From the human T2T-CHM13v2.0 reference genome, Homo sapiens, in NCBI RefSeq assembly GCF_009914755.1, contig NC_060938.1: DNA of 64,000 bases. One strand, given 5' to 3'. The notes under the pieces were generated by a model. The model was given only the letters and a program-made list of their open reading frames with translations. It was not told the origin of the DNA and made no database searches. Of the stretch, positions 38,801 through 51,109 are shown one piece after another; the stretch's first letter is position 1, and the number at the start of each line of letters is the position of its first letter. The position numbers and the translations under genes are program-made.

Positions 38801-41800
38801 AATGTGCACATCAGAGGGAAGTTTCTCAGAATACCTCTGTGCAGTTTTTATGTGAAGATATTTACTTTTCCACCATAAGTCCCAAACCTCTCCAAATATC
38901 CACTTGCAGATTCAACAAAAAGTGTGTTTCAAAACTGCTCAATCAAAAGAAAGGTTCAACTCTGTGAGTTGAATGCACACATCACAAAGAAGTTTCCCAG
39001 AATGTGTCTGTGTAGCTTTTATGCAAAGTTATTTCCTTTTCCACAATACTCCGCAAAGACCTCCGAGTATCTACTTGCAGATTCCACAAAAAGAGTTTCA
39101 AAACTGCACAATCAAAAGAATGGTTCAACGCTGTGATTTGAATACACACATCACAAAGTCGTTTCTCAGAATGCTTTTCCGTAGTTTTTATATGAAGATA
39201 TATCCATTTCCACCATTCTCTCCAAAGCGTTCCAAATATCCACTTGCAGATTCTACAAAAAGAGTGTTTCAAAACTGTTCAATCGAATTAAAGGTTCATC
39301 TCTTTGAGATGAATGCACACAACACAAAGAAGTTTCTCAGAATGCTTCTGTGTAGTTTTTATGTGAAGGTATTTCCTTTTACACCATAGGCCACAAAGGG
39401 CTCCAAATATTCCCTTACAGATTCTACATAAAGAGAGTTTCAAAACTCCTCTATCAAAAGATAGATACAACTCTGAGTTAAATGCACACATCTCAAAGAA
39501 GTTTCTCAGAATGCTTCTGTTTAGTTGTTATGTGAAGATATTTCCATTTCTACAATATGCCTCAAAGCGCTCCAAGTATCCACTTGTAGATTTTACTAAA
39601 AGAGTGTTTCCAAACTGCTCAATCAAAAGAAAGTTACAACTCTGGGAGATGAATGCACATATTACACAGAAGTTTCTCAGAATGCTTCTGTGTAGTTTTT
39701 ATGTGAAGATATATCCTTTTCCACAATGGGCCTCAAAGCGCTCTGTGACATGAATGAACACTTAAAAAGACATTTCTCAGAATGCTTCTGTGTAGTTTTT
39801 ATGTGAAGATATTTCCTTTTCCACCATAGGCCACAAAGGGCTCCAAATATCCACTTGCAGATTCTACAAAAAGAGAGTTTCAAAATTGCTCTATCAAAAG
39901 ATAGGTTCAACTCTGTGAGCTGAATGCACTCATCACAAACAAGTTTCTCAGAATGCTTCTGTGTAATTTTTATGTGAAGATATTTCCTTTTCCACAATAG
40001 GCCTCTAAGCACTACAAATATCCACTTGCAGATTCTACAAATAGTGGTTTTCAAAACTGCTCAATGAAAAGAAATGTTCACCACAGTGTGTTGAACGAAC
40101 ATTTCACAAAGAAGTTTTTCAGAATGCTTCTGTGTAGCTTTAAGTGAAGATATTTCCTTTTCCACCATAGGCCTCAATGCACTCCAAATATCTAGTTGCA
40201 GATTCTACAAAAAGTGTGTTTCAAAATTGCTCAATCAAAAGAAAGTTGAACTATGTGAGATGAATGCGCACCTTGCAAAGTAGTTTCTCAGAATACATCT
40301 GTGATGTTTTTATGTAAAGATATTTTCTTTTCCACAGTAGGACTCAAGGGGCTCCAAATATCCACTTGCAGATTCTACAAAAAGACTGTTTCAAAAGTGC
40401 TCAGTGAAAAGAAAGGTTCAACACTCTGAGATGAATCCACACATGACAATGAAGTTTCTCAGAATGCTTCTGTGTAGTTTTTATGTGAAGTTATTTCCTT
40501 TTCCACCAGAGGCCAAAAAAGGTTCCAAATATCCACTTGCAGATTCTACAAAAAGAGAGTTTGAAAACTGTGCAATCAAAAGATAGGTTCAAATCTGTGG
40601 TTTGAATACACACATCAGAAAGAAGTTTCTCAGAATGCTTCTGTGTAGATTTTATGTGAAGATATATCCTTTTCCACCATAGACCCCAATGCGCTCAAAA
40701 TATCCACTTAGAGATACTACAAAAACAGTGTTTGAAAACTGCTCAATCAAAAGAAAAGTTCAACTCTGTGAGATGAACGCACACATCGCAAAGAAATTTG
40801 TCAGAATGTTTCTGTGTTGTTTTCATGTGAAGATATTTCCTTTTCTACAATAGGCCTCAAAGTGCTCCAAATATCCACTTGCAGATTCTACAAAAATAGT
40901 GTTTCAAAACAGCTCAATCAAAAGAAATGTTGAACTCTGTGATATGAATGCACACATCACCAAGAAGTTTTTTTCAGAATGCTTCTGTGAAGTTTTTATG
41001 TGAAGATATTTCTTTTTCCACCACAGGCAGCAAGGGGCTCTAAATATCCACTTGCAGATTCTACAAAAAGAGATTTTCAAAGCTCCTCAATAAAAAGTTA
41101 AGTTCAACTCTGTGAGTTGAATGCTCACATCACAAAGAAGTTTCTTTGAATGCTTCTGTGTAGTTTTTATGTGAAGATATTTCCTTTTACACCATAGGCC
41201 TCAAAGCACTCCAAATATCCACCTGCAGATTCCAAAAAAAAGTGTTTCAATACTGCTTATCAAAAGATAGGTTCAACTCCGAGAGTTGAATGCACACATC
41301 ACAAATAAGTTTCTCAGAATGCTTCTGTGTATTTTTTATGGGAAGATATTTCCTTTTCCTCAATATGCCTCCTAGCACTGCAAATATCCACTTGCAGATC
41401 ACCCTAAAAGAGTATTTCCAAACTGCATAGTCAAAAGAAAGGTGAAATGAATGCACAATCACAAAAATTATCTCAGACTCCTTCTGTGTAGTTTTTATGT
41501 GAAGATATTTTCTTTTTTGCAATAGGCTCAAAGCTCTCCAAAGATCCACTTGCAGATTCTACAAAAGAGTTTTTCAAAACTGCTCAATCAAAATAAAGGT
41601 TCAACTCTGTCAGATGAATGCACACATCACAAGGTAGTTTGTTAGAATGCTTCTGTGTAGTTTTTATGTGAAGATATTTCCTTTTCCACCTTAGGCCACA
41701 AAAGGCTCCACATATCCACTTGCAGTTTCTACAAAAAGAATGTTTCCAAACTGGTCAATCAAAAGAAATGTTCAACTCTGTGAGTTGAATGCACACATCA

Positions 41801-44800
41801 CAAAGAAGTTTCACTGAATTCTACTGTGTAGTTTCTATGTGAAGATATTTCCTTTTCCACAATAGGCCTCAAAGCGTTCCAAGTATCCACTTGCAGATTC
41901 TACAAAGAGATTGTTTCAAACCTGCTCAATCAAAAGAATGGTTCAACTCTGTGAGAGTAATGCACACATCACAAAGAAGTTTCTCAGAATGTTTCTGTGT
42001 AGTTTTTATGTGAAGGTATTCCCTGTTTCACCATATGCCGCAAAGGGCTCCAAATAGCAACTTGCAGTTTCTACAAAAAGAGTGTTTCAAAACTTCTCCA
42101 TCAAAAGAAAAGTTCAACTCTGTGAGATGAATGCACACATCACAAAGAAGTTTCTCACAATGTTTCTGTGTAGTTTCTATCTGAAGATATTTCCTTTTTT
42201 CATATAGACCACAAAGGGCTCCAAATATCCAGTTGCAGATTCTACAAAAACAGTGTTTCAAAACTGCACAATCAAAAGAAATATTCATCTCTGTGAGAAG
42301 AATGCACACATCATAAAGAAGTTTCTCAGAATGCTTCTGTGAAGTTTTTATGTGAAGATATTTCCTTTTCCACTATAGGGTTAAAATCGTCCAAGTTTCC
42401 ACTTGCAGATTCTACAAAGAGAGTGTTTCAAAACTGCTCAATCATAAGATAGGTTCCAATCTATGAGATGAATGCACACATCACAAAGAAGTTTCTCAGA
42501 ATGCTTCTGTGTAGTATTTATTTCAGGATATTTCCTTTTCCTCCATAGGCTGCAAAGGGCTTCAAATATCCACTTGCAGATTCTACAAAAAGTGTGTTTC
42601 AAAAGTTCTCAATCAAAAGAAACTTTCAACTCTGTGGGATGAATGCACACATCACAGAGATGTTTCTCAGAATGCTTCTGTGTGGTTTTTACGTGAAGAT
42701 ATTTGTTTTTCCACAGTAGGCCTCAAAGCATTCCAAATATCCACTTGCAGATTCTATAAAAACAGTGTTTCAAAACTGCTCAACCAAAAGAAACATACAG
42801 CTCTGTTAGATGAATACGCACATCACAAAGTAGTTGCTCAGAATAATTCTGTGTAGGTTTTATGTGAAGCTATTTCCTTTTACCCAACTGGCCACAAAGC
42901 ACTCCAAATATTCCCCTGAAGATTCTGCAAAGAGAGTGTTTCAAAGCTGCTCAGTCATAAGATAGGTTCATCTCTGTGAGATGAATGCACACATCACAAA
43001 GAAGTTTCTCAGAATGCTTCTGTGTAGATTTTATTTGAAGATATTTCCTTTGCCTCCATGAACCACAAAGGACTCAAAATATCCACTTCCAAATCCTAGA
43101 AAAAGAGAAATCCATAACTGCTCAATCGAAATATAGGTTCAAGTTTGTGAGTTGAATGAACACATCACAAAGAAGTTTCTCAGAATGCTTCTGTGTAGTT
43201 TTTATGTGAAGATATTTCCTTTTCCAAAATAGGCCTCAAAGTCCACAAAATATCCACTTGCAGATTCTACAAAAACAGTATTTAAAAACTGCTCAATCAA
43301 AAGACAGATTAGACTCTGTGAGTTGAATGCACACATCACAAAGAACTTTCTCAGAATGCTTTTGTGTAGTTTTTATGTGAACATATTTCCTTTTCCACAA
43401 TATGCCTCAAATCGTTCCAAGGATCCACTTGTAGATTCTACAAAGAGAGTGTTTGAAAACTGCTAAACCATAACATAGATTCAACTCTGTGAGATGAATG
43501 CACACATCACAAAGTAGTTTCTCAGAATGATTCTGTGTAGTTTTTATGTGAAGATATTTCCTTTTCCACTATAGGCCTCAAAATGCTCAAAATATCCACT
43601 TGCAGATTCTATAGAAAGAGTGTTTCAAAACTGCTCAATCAAAATAATGTTTCAACTGTGTGAGATGAATGCACACATCACAAAATTTTCTCAGAATGCT
43701 TCTGTGTAGTTTTTATGTGAAGATAATTGCTTTTACAAAGTAGACCTCAAATCTCTCCAAATATCCACTTGCAGATCCTACAAAAACTGTGTTTCAAAAC
43801 TTCTCAATGAAAAGAAAGGTTCAACTATGTGAGATGAATGCACACATCAAAAAGAAGTTTCTCAGAATGCTTCTGTGTAGTTTTTATGTGAAGATATTGC
43901 CTTTTCGACAATAGACTTCAGTGCGCACCAAATATCCACTTGCAGAATCTACAAAAGGAGTGTTTCAAAACTCCTCCATCAAAAGAAAGGTTCAACTCTG
44001 TGAGATGAATGCAAACAGAACCTAGAAATTTCTGAGAATTCTTCTCTGTAGTTTTTATTTGAAGATATTTCCTTTGCCTCCATAGACCGCAAGAGGCTCC
44101 AAATATCCACTTCCAGATTCTAGAAAAAGAGAGAACCAAAACTGCTCAATCAAAAGATAGGTTCAAGACTGTGAGTTGAATACACACATCACAAAGAAGT
44201 TTCTCAGAATGCTTCTGTGTAGTTTTTTTGTGAAGATATTTCCTTTTCCAAAATAGGCCTCAAAGACCACCAAATATCCACTTGCTGATTCTACAAAAAG
44301 AGTGTTTCAGATCTGCTCAATCAAAAAACAGGCTCAACTCTGGGAGATGAATGCACACATCACAAGGAAGTTTCCCAGAATGCTGCTGTGTAGTTTTTAT
44401 GTGAAGATATTTCCTTTCCCAAACTGGGCCTCAAAGTGCTCCAAATATCCACTTGCAGATACTGCAAAAAGAGTGTTTCAAAACTGCTCAATAATAAGAT
44501 AGGTCCAACTCTTTGTGATGAATGCACACATCACAAAGAAGTTTCTCAGAAAGTTTCTGTGTAGTTTTTATTTGAAGATATTTCCTTTTCCACCATAGGC
44601 TGCAAATGGATCAATATGTCCACTTGCAGAAAATAAAAAAAGTGAGATTCAAAACTGCTCAATCAAAAGATAGGTTCAACTCTGTGAGTTGAATTCACAC
44701 ATCACAAAGAAGTTTCTCAGAATGCTTCTGTGTAGTTTTTATGTGAAGATACTTCCTTTTCCAAAATAGGCCTAAAATCTATCCAAATACCCACTTGCAG

Positions 44801-47800
44801 ATTCTACAAAAAGAGTGTTTCAAAACTGCTCAATCAAAAGAAAAGTTCAAATCTGTGTGATGAATGCACTCATCACAAATTAGTTTCTCAGAATGTTTCA
44901 GAGTAGTTTTTATGTGAAATTATTTCCTTTTCCACAATAGGCCTGAAAGCACTCCAAACATCCTCTTGCAGATTCTACAAAAGCAGTGTTTCAAAACTCC
45001 TCAATCAAAAGAAAATTTCAACACTGTGAGATGAATGCACACATCACAAAGAAGTTTCTCAGAATGCCTCTGTGTGGTTTTTATGTGAAGATATTTGTTT
45101 TTCCACAGTAGACCTCAAATGGCTCCAAATATCCACTTGCAGATTCTACAAAAACTGAGTTTCAAAACTGCTCAATCAAAAGAAAGATTCAACTATGTCA
45201 AATGAATGCACATATCATAAAGAAGTTTCTTAGAATCCTTCTGTGTAGTGTTTATTTGAAGATATTTCCTTTTCCTCTATAGGCTGCAAAGGTATCCAAA
45301 TATCCTCTTGTAGATTCTACAAAAAGAGAGATTCAAAACTGCTCTATGAAAAGATAGGTTCAACTCTGTGTGTTGAATGCTCACATGATGAAGAAGTTTC
45401 TCAGAATGCTTCTGTGTAGTTTTTATGTGAAGATATTTCCTTTTCCACTGTAGTCCTCAAAGTGTTCAAAATATCCACTTGCAGATTCTACAGAAAGAGT
45501 GTTTCAAAACTGCTCAATCAAAAGAAAGGTTCAACTCTGTGAGATGAATGCACACATCACAAAGAAGTTACTCAGAATGCCTCTGCATAGGTTTTGTGTG
45601 GAAATATTTACTTTTCCACAATAGGCATCAAAGCGCTCAAAATATCCTCTTGCAGATTTTACAAAAACCGTGTTTCAAAACTGCTCTAACAAAAGAAAGG
45701 TTCAACTCTGTGAGATGAATGCACACATCACAAAGAAGATTATCAGAATGCTTCTATGCACTTTTTATGTGAAGATATTTCTTTTCCACAATAGACCTCA
45801 AAGCGCTTCAAATATCAACTGGAAGATTATACAAAGAGAGTGTTTCAAAACTGCTCAATCATAAGATAGGTTCATCTCTGTTCAGTGAATTTACACATCA
45901 AATGAAGTTACTCAGAATGCCTCTTTATAGTTTTTATGTGAACATATTTACTTGTCCACAATAGGCCTCAAAGAGCTCAAAATATCCTCTTGCAGATTTT
46001 TCAAAAACAGTGTTTGAAAACTGCTCTACCAAAAGAAAGGTTCAACACTGTGGGATGAATGCACACATCACAAAGAAGATTCTCAGAATGCTTCCATGTA
46101 GTTTTTATTTCAAGATATTTCCTTTTCCTCCATAGGCTGAAAAGGGCTCCAAATATCTACTTGCAGATTATACAAAAAGAGAGATTCAAAACTACTGAAT
46201 CAAAAATAGGTTTAACTCTGTGTTATGAATGCACTCATCACAATGAAGTTTCTCAGAATGATTCTGTGTAGTTTTTATATGAAGATAGTTTCTTTTATTC
46301 AATAGACCTCAAAGCACTCCAAATATCCACTTGCAGTTTCTACAAAAAGAGTGTCTCAAAACTGCTCAATGATAAGATGGATTCAACTCTGTGAGAAGAA
46401 TGCACACATCACAAAGAATTTTCTCAGAATTCTTCTGTGTAGTTTTTATGTGTAGATATTTACTTTTACACCATAGACTCCAAAATGCTCCAAATATCCA
46501 CTTGCAGATTCTACAAAAAGAGTGATCCCAAACTGCTCAAACAAAAGAAATGTTCAACTTTGACAGATGAATGCACACATCACAAAGAACTTCCTCAGAA
46601 TGCTTCTGTGTAATTTTTCTGTGAAGATATTTCCTTTTCCACCACAGGCCTCAAAGCGCTCCAAATATCCACTTGCAGGTTCTACAAAAAGAATGTGAAA
46701 ACTGCTGAATCGACAGAAAGGTTCAACTCTGTGAGATGAATGCATACATCACAAAGAAGTTTCTCTGAATGTTTCCGTGTAGTTTTTTTGTGATGATATT
46801 TCCTTTCCCACAATAGGCACCAAAGCGCTCCAGATATCCACTTTCAGATTCTACAAACAGAGGGTTTCAAAACTGCTCAATCAAAAGATAGGTTCAAGTG
46901 TGTGAGATGAATGCACACAACAGGAAGTTTCTCAGAATATTTCTGTGTAGTTTTCATTTGAAGATATCTCCTTTTCCACCATTGGCCGCAAAGGGCTCCA
47001 AACTTCCACTTGCAGATTCTACAAAAAGAGAGATTCAAAACTGTTCAATCAAAGGTAGCTTCAACTCTGTGAGTTGAATGCACACATCACAGAGAAGTTT
47101 CTCAGAATGCTTCTGTGTAGTTTTTATGTGAAGATATTTCCTTTTGCACCATATGCCACAAAGGCCTCCAAATACTCATTCCAGATTCTTCAAAAAGAGA
47201 GTTTCAAAACTGCCCAATCAAAAGATAGGCTCAACTCCGTGAGATGAATGCACACATCACAAAAACTTTCTCAGAATGCTTCTGTGTAGTTTTTATGTGA
47301 TGATATTTCTTTTTCCACCATTGGCCGCAAAGGGCTTTAAATATCCACTTGCAGATTCCACAGAAAGAGAGACTCAAAACTGGTCAATCAAAAGATAGAT
47401 TCAACCCTGTGAGTTGAATGCACAGATCACAGAGAAATTTCTCAGAATGCTTCTGTGTAGTTTTTATGTGAAGATATTTCCTTTTCCACTGGAGGCCTCA
47501 AAGCACTACAAATATCAACTTGCACATTCTGCAAAAAGAGTGTTTCCAAACGACTCAATCAAAAGAAACGTTGAACACTCTGAGATGAATGCACACATCA
47601 CAAAGAAGTTTCTCAAAATTCTTCTGTGTAGTTTTTGTGTGAAGATACTTCCTTTTCCTTATTAGGCCACAAAGGACTTCCAATATCCACTTGCAGATTA
47701 TTGAAAAAGATAATTACAAAACTGCTCAATCAAAAAATAGGTTCAACTCTGTGAGTAGAATGAATACATCACAGAGAAGTTTCTCAGAATGCTTCTGTGT

Positions 47801-50800
47801 ACTTTTTATGAGAAGATATTTCCTTTTCTACCATAGGCCACAAAATGCTCCAAATATACACTGGCGGATTACAGAAAAAGAGAGTTTCAAACTGCTCAAT
47901 CAAATAAAGGTGCAAACCTGTGAGATGAATGCTCACATTACAAAGAAGTTTCTCAGAATGCTTCTGTGTAGTTTTTATGTGAAGATATTTCCTTTTCCAC
48001 CATAGGCTACAAGGATTTCCTAATATTCACTTGCAGATTCTACAAAAAGAGAGTCTCAAAACTGGTCAATCAAAAGATAGGTTCAACCCTGTGAGTTGAA
48101 TGCACACACCACAAAGAAGCTTGTCACAATAGTTTTGTGTAGTTTTTATGTGAAGGTATTTCCTTTTCCACCGTAGTCTTCAAAGTGCTCCAAGTATTAA
48201 ATTGCAGATTCTACAAAAAGAGTGTTTCCAAACTGCTCAAACTAAAGAAAGGTTCAACTCTGTCAGATGAATGCACACATCGCATAGAAGTTTCTCAGAA
48301 TGTTTCTGTATAGTTTTTATGTGGAGATATTTCCTTTTCCACAATAGGCCTTAAAGCGCTCCAAATATCCAACTGCAGATTCTACAAAAAAAAAGTGTCT
48401 CAAAACTGCTGAATCAACAGAAAATTTCAAATCTGTGAGATGAATGCACACGTCACAAAGAAGTTTCTCAGAATGTTTCTGTGTAGTTTTAAAGTGAAGA
48501 TATTTCCTTTTACACCAGAGGCTGCAAATGGCTCCAAATATCCACTTGCAGGTTCTACAAAAAGAGAGTTTCAAAACTTCTTAATCAAACGATAGGTTCA
48601 ACTCTGGGAGATGAATCCACACGTCACAAAGAAGTTTCTCAGAATGCCTCTGTGTATTTTTCATGTGACGACATTTTCTTTACCACCGTAGGACTCAAAA
48701 CCCTCCAAATATCCACGTACAGATTCTACAAAAGGAGTGTTTCCAAACTGCACAATCAAAAGAAAAGTTCAACTCTGTGAGATGAATGCACACATCACAA
48801 AGAAGTTTCTCAGGATGCTTCTGTGTAGTTTTTATGTGAGACTATTTCCTTTTACACCATAGGCTGCAAAGGGTTCCCAATATCCACTTGCAGATTCTAC
48901 AAAAAGAGAGTTTCAAAACTGCTGTATCAAAAGATAGGTTCAACTATGTGACTTGAATACAAACATAACAAAGAAGTTTCTCAGAATGCTTCTGTGAAGT
49001 TTTTACGTGAAGATATTTCCTTTTCCATCATAGGCCACATAGCACTCCAAATATCCACTTGCGGATTCTACAAAAACAGTGTTTCCAAGCTGCACAATCA
49101 AAAGAAACGTTCAACTCCTTGAGATGAATGCACACATCACAAAGAAGTTTCTCAGAATGCTTCTGTGTAGTTTTTATGTGAGGATATTTTCTTTTCCACA
49201 ATAGGCCTCAAAGCACTCCAAATATCCACTTGCAGATTCTACAAAAGAGAGTTTCAAAACTGGTCAATCAAAAGATAGGTTTAGCTCTGTGATTTGAATG
49301 CACACATCACAAAGAAGTTTCTCAGAATGCTTTTGTGTAGTTTTTATGTAAAGATATTTCCTTTTCAGCCATAGGCCTCAATTCCCTCCAAATATTCACT
49401 TGCAGAGTCTATAAAAAGAGTGTTTCTAAACTGCCCAAACAAAAGAAAGGTTGAAGTCAGTCAGATGAATTTGCACATCGCAAAGAAGTTTCTCAGAATG
49501 ATTCTGAGTAGTTTTGATGTGAAGATATTAACTTCTCCACAGTAGGCCTCAAAGCCCTCAAAATATCCACATGATCATTCTACAAAAAGGGTATTTCATA
49601 ACTGCTCAATCAAAAGAAAGTTCCTATTCTGTGAGATGAATGTACACATCACAAAGAAGTTTCTCAGAATGCTTCTTTGTAGTTTTTATCTGAAGATATT
49701 TCCTTTTTCACCATAGGCCACAAAGGGCTCAAAATATCCACTTGCAGATTGCACAAAAAGACAGTTTCAAAGCTGCTCAATCCAAAGATATGTTCAAGTC
49801 TGTGAGTTGATTGCACACATCACAAATAAGTTTCTCAGAATCCTTCTTTGTAGTTTTTATGTGAAGATATTTCCTTTTCCACCGTAGGCCTCAAAACCCT
49901 CCAAATATCCACTTTCACATTCCACGAAAAGAGCGTTTCAAAACTGCTCAATCAAAAGAAAAATTCAACTCTGTGAGATGAATGCACACATCACAAAGCA
50001 GTTTTTCAGAATGCTCCTGTGTAGTGTTTATCTGAAGATATTTCCTTTTCCACCATAAGCCTCAAAGGGCTCCAAATATCCACTTGCAGATTCTACAAAA
50101 AGAGTGTTTCCAAACTGCTTAAAGAAAGTTTCAACTCTGTCAGATGAATGCACACATCGCAAAGAAGCTTCTCAGAATGCTTCTGTGTAGTTTTTATGTG
50201 AAGATATTTCCTTTTCCACAATAGTCCCCTAAGCGTTCCAAATATCCACTTACTGATTCTACAAAAAAAAGTTTCCAAACTGCTCAATCAAAAGAAAGGT
50301 TCAAGTCTGTGAGATGAATGAACCCTTCACAGAGAAGTTTCTCAGAATGCTTCTGTGTAGTTTTTTTGTGAAGATATTTCCTTTTACACCATAGGTCACA
50401 AAGGGCTCCATATATCCACTTGCAGATTCTACAAAAAGACAGTTTCAAAATTGCTCTTTAAAAAGACAGGTTCAACTCTGTGAGTTGAATACACATATAA
50501 CAAAGAAGTTTCTCAGAATGCTTCTGTGAAGTTTTTATGTGACGGTATTTCGTTTTCCACAATAGGCCACATAACACTCCAAGTATCCACTTGCAGATTC
50601 CACAAAAACAGTATTTCAAGCTGCACAATCAAAAGAAATATTCAACTCTGTGAGATGAATGCACACATCACCAAGAAATTTCTCAGAACGCTTCTGTGTA
50701 GGTTTTATGTGAAGATGTTTCCTTTTGCACTATAGGCCGCAAAGGGCTCCATATATCCACTTCCAGATTCTACAAAAATATATTTTCAAAACTGTTCAAT

Positions 50801-50877
50801 CAAAAGATATGTTCAACTCTGAGAGTTGCATGCATTCATCGCAAAGAAGTTTCTCAGAGTACTGCTGTGTAGTTTTT
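38801..50877 (-). repeat. Monomeric alpha satellite, 171-bp 'ctgtgtag' layer
   Basis: Seen: near-fixed gaatgcttctgtgtagttttt, with frequent ccacaatagg, caaagggctcc and aaaagataggttc variants. Inference: SF6 (Ha)-like layer. Confidence 0.93.
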
Positions 50878-51109
50878 TTTTTAAATTTAATTTATTTTAT
50901 TATTATTATACTTTAAGTTTTAGGGTACATGTGCACATTGTGCAGGTTAGTTACATATGTGTACATGTGCCATGTTGGTGTGCTGCATCCATTAACTCGT
51001 CATTTAGCATTAGGTATATCTCCTAATGCTCTCCCTCCCCCCTACCCCCACCCCACATCAGTCCCCAGAGTGTGATGTTCCCCTTCCTGTGTCCATGTGT
51101 TCTCATCGC

